A stretch of 31,723 bases of DNA. It comes from a virus. Lineage: Duplodnaviria; Caudoviricetes. Shown piece by piece: positions 25,899 through 31,723 of the stretch (positions within the stretch are counted from its first letter, which is position 1; each line of letters opens with the position of its first letter). Below the pieces are notes generated by a model that was not told the DNA's origin, ran no database searches, and saw only the letters and a list, made by a program, of their open reading frames with translations. The stretch lies in the IMG/VR virus record IMGVR_UViG_3300037308_000421, positions 1 to 31,723 of that record; one strand, given 5' to 3'. Position numbers and translations under genes: made by a program.

Positions 25899-27060
25899 CG
25901 GCGAGGATTCCCCAGCGGCGGAGATACTTCTCGCCAATCAACTGCTCCTCCTCGGTCTGATCCCTGAGATTGCAGCCATGCGGCATTGTGATCGTCAGCG
26001 GGAGGGTCCGGCCGCGCTTCGCGTCGCCTTTGGGGTGGAACTTGATGGCCAGCTTGGCCTGCGTGGCAACCCATCCGCCGTCGATCGGATTGCCCGGCCC
26101 GAGCCGCTCCTCCGCCATGCTCCAGATGGTGCGGCCCGCCTTGGCCATGCACTCAAGCGTCACGCGCTCGCCGACAGTGTCGAGCGGCATCAGCCGCAGC
26201 AGGCGGACATCGACCCGCTCGATACCGTCTTCGAGGTCAGTCGGAAAATCGTAGGGCGAAAGCAAAACGTCGAGATCATAGCGGCGAACCGGCACCTTCT
26301 CGTTCTGGAAGTCGACGCCGAGGAGATCGCGGGCCAGGAACATCGCCATCTCGGCCCGGCTCTCCCGGTCGCTTGCCACAACCTCGACCACTCCGGTTGC
26401 GGGCTCATATGTCATCGCAGCCTCGAATACCGGGCGATAGGCACGCCGCACGAGGGAGCCGCCATCGTCGAACGCCAGAAGATCGTCCGGCAAGCCTTCC
26501 CGGTACACCGTGATCTGAACCAGATCGCAGTCCTCACCTTCGAAAGTCGCCCGCACACGCTCGAAAACATCGACGTGGACGTTGGCCGAGGCAAAGCGCG
26601 TCCGCAGCGACGCCTTGAATGCGTCGATGGCGACCGGATCGCGGCTGACCGTGCAGCCGGCTTCGATGATGAAGCCATCCCAACTGCGCCCGCGACGCTT
26701 TTCATCCGTGAACCGCACCTCCTCAGCGTGGCGGAACAGGATCGGCGCGTTCAAGAACATCCAGAGCGATCGGGCATGGCCGTTCGCGAGAACGTCGAGA
26801 AGGGCACGGTCATCGACCACGCTGTAGAGCGCGGTCTGGCCGGCATCGTCAGCGAGCCCGCTGACGCGCTCGGCGTCGTTGAGGACGCGAGCCTTCGCTT
26901 CGTCGTCCATTTCATCGACAGCGCGAAGCGCGACCCGGACGACCTCCGGCTCGGGCGCGGTCCAGTCGACTGTCGTCGGCAACGCGATGCCGGTGTGGTC
27001 GAAATAGGCCTGCAGCGACGAGGCAGGCATGTTGCGGATGAAGCTCGTCACTGACGCCAT
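25873..27060 (-). CDS. Conserved hypothetical protein, 395 aa
   Basis: GAGGAGG RBS, GC3-rich codons; ends TITMPHGCNLRD...EKYLRRWGI; no catalytic motif recognised. Confidence 0.8.
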   Translation of the reverse strand: MASVTSFIRNMPASSLQAYFDHTGIALPTTVDWTAPEPEVVRVALRAVDEMDDEAKARVLNDAERVSGLADDAGQTALYSVVDDRALLDVLANGHARSLWMFLNAPILFRHAEEVRFTDEKRRGRSWDGFIIEAGCTVSRDPVAIDAFKASLRTRFASANVHVDVFERVRATFEGEDCDLVQITVYREGLPDDLLAFDDGGSLVRRAYRPVFEAAMTYEPATGVVEVVASDRESRAEMAMFLARDLLGVDFQNEKVPVRRYDLDVLLSPYDFPTDLEDGIERVDVRLLRLMPLDTVGERVTLECMAKAGRTIWSMAEERLGPGNPIDGGWVATQAKLAIKFHPKGDAKRGRTLPLTITMPHGCNLRDQTEEEQLIGEKYLRRWGILADDALSPKF

Positions 27061-27072
27061 AATCGGACCTCC

Positions 27073-27309
27073 TCAGCCATTGATGTGGCGCGGGTCGTTC
27101 CCGTGCGAATCGGACCGCCCGGTGCGGCCGTCCTGGTTGTGGATCTTCAGTTCGGTGCGGGCATTGCTGCTGATTTCCCTCGCCCGCTCGACCGCGTCGG
27201 ACTTGCGGTCGAAGTGGGCGCTGGCGCGATCCGCACCGCCGCGACGAATGTCCCAGCCGCCGTTGGAGTTGGGCACGACATGATGTGTTCCGGGATTGCG
27301 CTTGGTCAT
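27073..27309 (-). CDS. DUF2188-family protein, 78 aa
   Basis: HHVVP..GGWDIRRGGADRAS.HFD.K.DAV..AREI....ELKIH..DG....DSHGNDP pattern. Confidence 0.85.
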   Translation of the reverse strand: MTKRNPGTHHVVPNSNGGWDIRRGGADRASAHFDRKSDAVERAREISSNARTELKIHNQDGRTGRSDSHGNDPRHING

Positions 27310-27312
27310 GGG

Positions 27313-27404
27313 AATCTCTTTATGGGTACGCTTTCGTTCGATATATATCGAACACACGCGCTAATCTCTTGTCAAGTACGATCCTGTTCGCCATACACCG
27401 AACA
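27313..27404. promoter_or_regulatory. Divergent promoter region with two GTTCG-N8-CGAAC operators in a 50-bp-period repeat
   Basis: Palindromes at 27336-27353 and 27386-27403; TTGACA on the minus strand at 27375-27370 (no convincing -10 at canonical spacing). Confidence 0.7.
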
Positions 27405-27434
27405 GAAAAATGCGAAACGCATGAGGTGAGTTGA

Positions 27435-27752
27435 ATGGCATCCCTGGGAGAGAAGCTTCGTAAGCATCGGCAGGAAAAGGGATATTCCTTGGACAAGCTC
27501 GCGGAGATTACGGACTCGAGCAAGAGCTACCTGTGGGAGCTGGAGAACCGGGACACCCGTAAGCCGTCCGCAGAAAAGCTGACGAAAATTGCTGAGGCCC
27601 TGTCTGTCACCACGGATTATCTGCTGGATGATTCGTCCGAGCCTGATGAGGAGGTGGTCAAGGAGGCGTTCTTCCGTAAGTTCAACAAACTGGATCCTGA
27701 CGACAAAAAGAAAATCGAGCAGATGGTCGACATGTGGAGAAAGAAAGATTGA
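27435..27752 (+). CDS. XRE/HTH repressor, CapH-like
   Basis: LGEKLRKHRQEKGYSLDKLA...SKSYLWELEN...PSAEKL; C-terminal AFFRKF segment; GAGGTG RBS. Confidence 0.88.
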   Translation: MASLGEKLRKHRQEKGYSLDKLAEITDSSKSYLWELENRDTRKPSAEKLTKIAEALSVTTDYLLDDSSEPDEEVVKEAFFRKFNKLDPDDKKKIEQMVDMWRKKD

Positions 27753-28681
27753 AGCTGCCGACGACGCCCGAAGGCTGGGCGATCCACCTGTCGAAACTTG
27801 TTCGCGCGTTTCACGACGCGCACGGCTCCCCACGTTTTCCGATCAAGGTCGCCGACATCGCGATTGAATATTCGCGGAACGTTTTCCCGGATGCCCCGAT
27901 CACCAGAGTTGGCGGCCTCGATCTCACACGCAAGTTCGAAGGCATGCTGATGCCGATCGATTTAGGCGCCGGCGAATGGGGCATCATCTATAACAGCGCC
28001 ATCACGTCGAAGGGGCGGATCAACTTCACCCTGGCCCATGAGCTCGGCCACTATCTCCTTCATCGGCACAGATCGCCCGACGGCATTCGTTGCTCCAGCC
28101 GCGATATGGGCGACTGGCGTTCAGAGCATGGTCAGATCGAATCCCAGGCGAACACGTTTGCGTCGTTCCTGCTGATGCCGCTGGATGATTTTCGACAGCA
28201 GACGGATGGTCAGAAATTCGACATGGATCTGGTCCGTCATCTGTCGAACCGCTACGAAGTGTCCATCACAGCGGCCATCCTGAAATGGCTTGGGATCACC
28301 CGCCAACGGGCAATGATCGTCGTCAGCAGGGATGGCTTCATCGACTGGACGTGGTCGAGTGAGCGCCTTTTCAAATCCGGCATCTACTATGCAGCCCGGC
28401 AGCAAACGGTGGAATTACCGAGCCAGTCCCTTGCAGCCCTCCGAGTTGACGACGCTGCCGCCAGAGCCGGTATCATGCATAAGAAGGGCGTGTGGAAAGG
28501 GGACGAGGACGTCTTCGAGATGACGATCTTCTCACCCAAGAACGAGATGACCGTCACGCTGCTGATCTACCCGAATGAGGGGCCAGACCGATTCCATGGT
28601 CGCCGGGAACTCGACGATGTCGGAATCGATGACACCTACGAGCGCTTCATGGGAACGCGAATAACCGAAAGCCGAGACTAG
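27749..28681 (+). CDS. ImmA/IrrE-family Zn metallopeptidase, CapP-like
   Basis: RINFTLAHELGH, downstream Cys (IRCSS), ESQANTFASFLLMP, HTH (LSNRYEVSITAA), C-terminal GAF-sized domain; likely TTG start overlapping the repressor stop (alternative GTG at 27734). Confidence 0.9.
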   Translation: MKLPTTPEGWAIHLSKLVRAFHDAHGSPRFPIKVADIAIEYSRNVFPDAPITRVGGLDLTRKFEGMLMPIDLGAGEWGIIYNSAITSKGRINFTLAHELGHYLLHRHRSPDGIRCSSRDMGDWRSEHGQIESQANTFASFLLMPLDDFRQQTDGQKFDMDLVRHLSNRYEVSITAAILKWLGITRQRAMIVVSRDGFIDWTWSSERLFKSGIYYAARQQTVELPSQSLAALRVDDAAARAGIMHKKGVWKGDEDVFEMTIFSPKNEMTVTLLIYPNEGPDRFHGRRELDDVGIDDTYERFMGTRITESRD

Positions 28682-28842
28682 ATTCGGCACGATCTTGCTC
28701 GGCGATCAGAACGACGACAGAGAAATGCTTGCGCAGCATTTCAAAAGACTTCGCAGATATACGATAACATATTGATTTGTATTGCGTATTTCGGGTTTAC
28801 GACTACCGTTCGCTCATCGGCAACTCAATGCGAACGGTCTCC

Positions 28843-29058
28843 ATGCACGACTCACGATCAGGTCCAAATCCCTTGCCGCCCGACAACATGTCGGCGAACG
28901 AGCGCCTCTCCGAGGTTGGGCGCATCCTAGCGGCCGGCATAGGGCGCATTCTCCCGCAGCAGGCCACGACGTCGTCGAAAGCCACTGACGGCTTCGACAT
29001 TCTCGCCATGAAGAATGGCCGTCGTCGCCCGCGCGCTCGCTCGGGGGACATCCGATGA
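28843..29058 (+). CDS. Small hypothetical protein heading the recombinase operon
   Basis: GPNPLPPDNMSANERLSEVGRILAAGI; stop overlaps the next ATG (ATGA); start uncertain (28828 or 28843). Confidence 0.6.
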   Translation: MHDSRSGPNPLPPDNMSANERLSEVGRILAAGIGRILPQQATTSSKATDGFDILAMKNGRRRPRARSGDIR

Positions 29059-29561
29059 CGAGCATGAACCGAAAAGAGTCGCGTCCGGCGCGCCCCGGAG
29101 ACGTCGCTGAAACCGACGCGAGCGTCCTCAGGCAGTTGTCGGACTTGAAGCGGATGACAGTCAGCGAGCTGAAATCGAAGTGGGAGGCGGTGTTCGCCAC
29201 CGCCGCCCCGAACAACAGTAGGGGCTACCTTGAACTCCGGATCGGGCACCGCATTCAGGAGCTGACCTATGGTGGTCCATCGCGCGAGACGCGACGGATG
29301 CTGGATCTGCTAGCCGATGAAACGGAAGGCAAGATCAACCGCAAGTCCATCATTGCGGATGATCGCAATCCGGTGGTCGGGACGCGGCTGATCCGGGAAT
29401 GGGATGGGATCGAGCACACCGTCACCATCCTGCGGGATGGATTCGACTGGCAGGGCCGAAAGTTCAAGTCGCTCTCGGCGGTGGCCCGGACCATCACCGG
29501 CGTCAACTGGAACGGCTACCGATTCTTTGGGCTGGGTGAAGCGCGGAGGAGCGAGCGATGA
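29055..29561 (+). CDS. DUF2924-domain protein
   Basis: RIQELTYGG, GTRLIREWDG..HTV, FKSLSAVARTITG.NWNGYRFFGL. Confidence 0.88.
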   Translation: MTSMNRKESRPARPGDVAETDASVLRQLSDLKRMTVSELKSKWEAVFATAAPNNSRGYLELRIGHRIQELTYGGPSRETRRMLDLLADETEGKINRKSIIADDRNPVVGTRLIREWDGIEHTVTILRDGFDWQGRKFKSLSAVARTITGVNWNGYRFFGLGEARRSER

Positions 29562-30892
29562 GCACGTCACCGTCAGCCACCATCGCCATCCGGCGTCAGC
29601 GCTGTGCGATCTATACACGCAAGTCGAGCGAAGAAGGGCTCGACATGGAATTCAATTCACTCGACGCGCAGCGCGATGCCTGCGAGGCCTATGTCGCCAG
29701 CCAGCGCGCCGAAGGCTGGGCCGCGATCCGCGAGCGGTATGACGATGGCGGCTTCTCTGGCGGAACGCTGGAACGACCCGGCCTGAAACGGCTCATCGCC
29801 GATGTCGAGGCTGGGCTTATCGACGTCATCGTCGTCTACAAGATCGACCGGCTCAGCCGGTCGCTGATGGACTTCGCGAAGCTGGTCGAGATCCTGGATC
29901 GGAATGGGGTGACCTTCGTCTCAGTGACGCAGTCCTTCAACACGACGACCTCGATGGGGCGACTGACGCTCAACATCCTCCTCTCGTTCGCGCAGTTCGA
30001 GCGCGAGGTCATCGGCGAGCGCATTCGCGACAAGGTCGCGGCCTCACGCAAGCGCGGCATGTGGATGGGTGGCTTTGTCCCCTTGGGCTACAATGCCAAG
30101 GACCGAAAGCTGGTCATCAACGAGGCGGAAGCAGCAATTGTCCGTATGATCTTCGAACGCTTCTCGACGATCGGATCAGCCACCGTCCTGACGAAGACGC
30201 TGGTGGCCGAAGGCGTCTGCAACAAGCGCGGCAAGCGCATCGACAAGGGCTACCTCTACAAGGTCCTGAACAACCGCGTCTATCTCGGCGAAGCCGTGCA
30301 CAAAGGCACGGCCTATCCGGGCGAACATGCGCCGATTGTCAGCCGCGAATTGTGGGACAAGGTCCAGAGCATCCTGCAGGAGAACCGCCACGTCCGGGCC
30401 GCCCATACCCGTTGCCAGACACCGTCGCTGCTGAAGGGGATCATCTTCACGGATACCGGCACGGCGATGACGCCGACAGCCACCAAGAAGGCGTCGCGGC
30501 TGTATCGCTACTATGCTTCGATGGACCTGATCAAATGCCGCCCAACGTCGGACTCGACGTCCATCCAGCGTCTGCCCGCCGGAATGGTCGAGGATGCGGT
30601 CGTAGGTGAGGTCCGGCGAATGATCCGGGCTCCAGAGATCGCGGCTCGTACCGTCGATGCCATTCGACACGAAGTCCCAAATGCGGATGAACGGGCCGTC
30701 GTTTCAGCCCTTGGTAGCTTCGACCAGCTATGGACGGCGCTGTTTCCTTCCGAGCAGACCCGCATCGTCCAGCTCCTCGTCGAGCGCGTCACTGTCGGGG
30801 CCGGCGGCATCGCCATCGATCTGCGTCAGGACGGTCTGACGTCGCTCATCCGGGACATGGTCACGCCGCGTGAGGGAAAGGCGACAGCATGA
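29558..30892 (+). CDS. Large serine recombinase (integrase)
   Basis: CAIYTRKS catalytic Ser, YDDGGFSGG..ERP, VYKIDRLSR, FAQFERE, GG.VPLGY, N.VYLG, H.PIVS..LWDKVQ. Confidence 0.95.
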   Translation: MSTSPSATIAIRRQRCAIYTRKSSEEGLDMEFNSLDAQRDACEAYVASQRAEGWAAIRERYDDGGFSGGTLERPGLKRLIADVEAGLIDVIVVYKIDRLSRSLMDFAKLVEILDRNGVTFVSVTQSFNTTTSMGRLTLNILLSFAQFEREVIGERIRDKVAASRKRGMWMGGFVPLGYNAKDRKLVINEAEAAIVRMIFERFSTIGSATVLTKTLVAEGVCNKRGKRIDKGYLYKVLNNRVYLGEAVHKGTAYPGEHAPIVSRELWDKVQSILQENRHVRAAHTRCQTPSLLKGIIFTDTGTAMTPTATKKASRLYRYYASMDLIKCRPTSDSTSIQRLPAGMVEDAVVGEVRRMIRAPEIAARTVDAIRHEVPNADERAVVSALGSFDQLWTALFPSEQTRIVQLLVERVTVGAGGIAIDLRQDGLTSLIRDMVTPREGKATA

Positions 30893-31272
30893 CGAACCCT
30901 GACAATACGATCCGCGTCGTCATCCCTTTGACGATCCGCAAGCGCAATGGGCGGCCTCGGATCGTGGCTCCCTCAGAAAACGAGTCCGCCGACGACAGGG
31001 TGCAGGATGCGCGCTTGCTGCGCGCGCTCGCGCGGGCATGGAACTGGCGGCGGCAGTTGGAGAGCGGTGCCGCTACGACCATCCACGACATCGCTGCCGT
31101 TGAGAATGTCACCGACCGCTTCATCGGCAGGATGATCCGGTTGGCCTATCTGTCGCCGGAAGTTCTGGAGGAATTGGTCATCGCGCGACGCCCATCGAGC
31201 GTCACGATCAATGACCTGACCGGGATCGCCGACCTCCCGTGGGCCGAGCAGAAAACCCGCGTCTTTGCCTGA
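30889..31272 (+). CDS. Recombinase-associated hypothetical protein (HTH-like)
   Basis: 127 aa, ATGA-coupled; LLRALARAWNW, RMIRLAYLSP, LPWAEQ. Confidence 0.75.
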   Translation: MTNPDNTIRVVIPLTIRKRNGRPRIVAPSENESADDRVQDARLLRALARAWNWRRQLESGAATTIHDIAAVENVTDRFIGRMIRLAYLSPEVLEELVIARRPSSVTINDLTGIADLPWAEQKTRVFA

Positions 31273-31598
31273 GTCATGGCGGTGGGGCCGTTCCTGCTCT
31301 GAACCACCCTTGACCGCGCTCGGGAACGACCACCTCGCGTTCTCAGACTGCCTTGCAAGGCAGCGGTTTGGTCAGAATCGCGTGGTCGTCCGATCTTGGC
31401 AACATGCTGGAGAAATTGAGAATTCTCGTCGGAACCGCAAACGTCGAGGTTCGTGCAGAATGAGACGGAAGCCCATTCAGAGACTGTGAGCCACCGACCG
31501 GTCGGTCTCAGAGGTTCGGTTCCGTCCCGCAAACCCCTTTGGACGCAAAAGGAATTTCGAGCGCGAAGGCGCAGTTCTTGGAGTTTGCGACGGGATAA

Positions 31599-31691
31599 TG
31601 GCGGAGTGGGGGGGATTCGAACCCCCGATACGGCTTTTGACCGTATAACGGTTTAGCAAACCGCCGCCTTCAGCCTCTCGGCCACCACTCC
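31599..31691 (-). tRNA. tRNA-Ser (anticodon GCT)
   Basis: GGAGTGG acceptor stem, D arm TGGCCGAGAGGCTGAAGGC, anticodon loop TT-GCT-AA, long variable arm, GGTTCGAATCC, encoded CCA; 93 nt. Confidence 0.97.
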
Positions 31692-31723
31692 ATGAGATCA
31701 GATCATTGGGAAACCATGATTAC

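Larger units (their letters stand above)
1..31598. mobile_element. Lambda-like prophage (part; continues beyond left edge) next to tRNA-Ser, with serine recombinase
   Basis: Contiguous integration, regulation, replication, packaging, head and tail modules in phage order, ending at the tRNA 3' end. Exact att boundary not determinable. Confidence 0.95.

Noticed and set aside
27336-27403. LexA/SOS box
   Set aside because: Orientation and spacing match neither GTTC-N7-GTTC nor CGAAC-N4-GTTCG.
31599-31620. Defined att core duplication
   Set aside because: No second copy of the tRNA 3' end noticed in the window; the other junction lies outside it.

Overview
High-GC, alphaproteobacterial-looking DNA occupied almost entirely by one end of a lambda-like (siphovirus-type) prophage that abuts the 3' end of a host tRNA-Ser(GCT) at 31599-31691 (-). 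Read right to left, the first module is a four-gene, translationally coupled integration operon (small ORF, DUF2924-like protein, large serine recombinase, accessory ORF; + strand). Next is a CapH/CapP-like (XRE repressor + ImmA/IrrE metallopeptidase) pair, divergent from a DUF2188 + two-hypothetical operon that ends in an intrinsic terminator. An early replication/recombination operon follows (AlpA/Xis-like HTH, Sak4-like ATPase, SSB-like, SF2 helicase, Cas4-like nuclease, primase-helicase, repeat-rich ori candidate, RuvC-like, DUF6362-like). Then come a lambda cos-like sequence, two orphan DNA methyltransferase loci, an antisense DUF3489 cassette, and head and tail genes through the 5' part of the tape measure gene, which runs off the left edge. 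Highlights: (1) the C5-methyltransferase locus is dual-coded, with two same-strand frames open over about 1.2 kb and the conserved motifs divided between them, as in M.EcoHK31I; (2) an apparent two-tier induction cascade with visible operator repeats and helically phased boxes; (3) a cos-like site about 4 kb upstream of terS; (4) a G/GT-type -1 frameshift. All family names come from motif recognition and gene context, not database searches.
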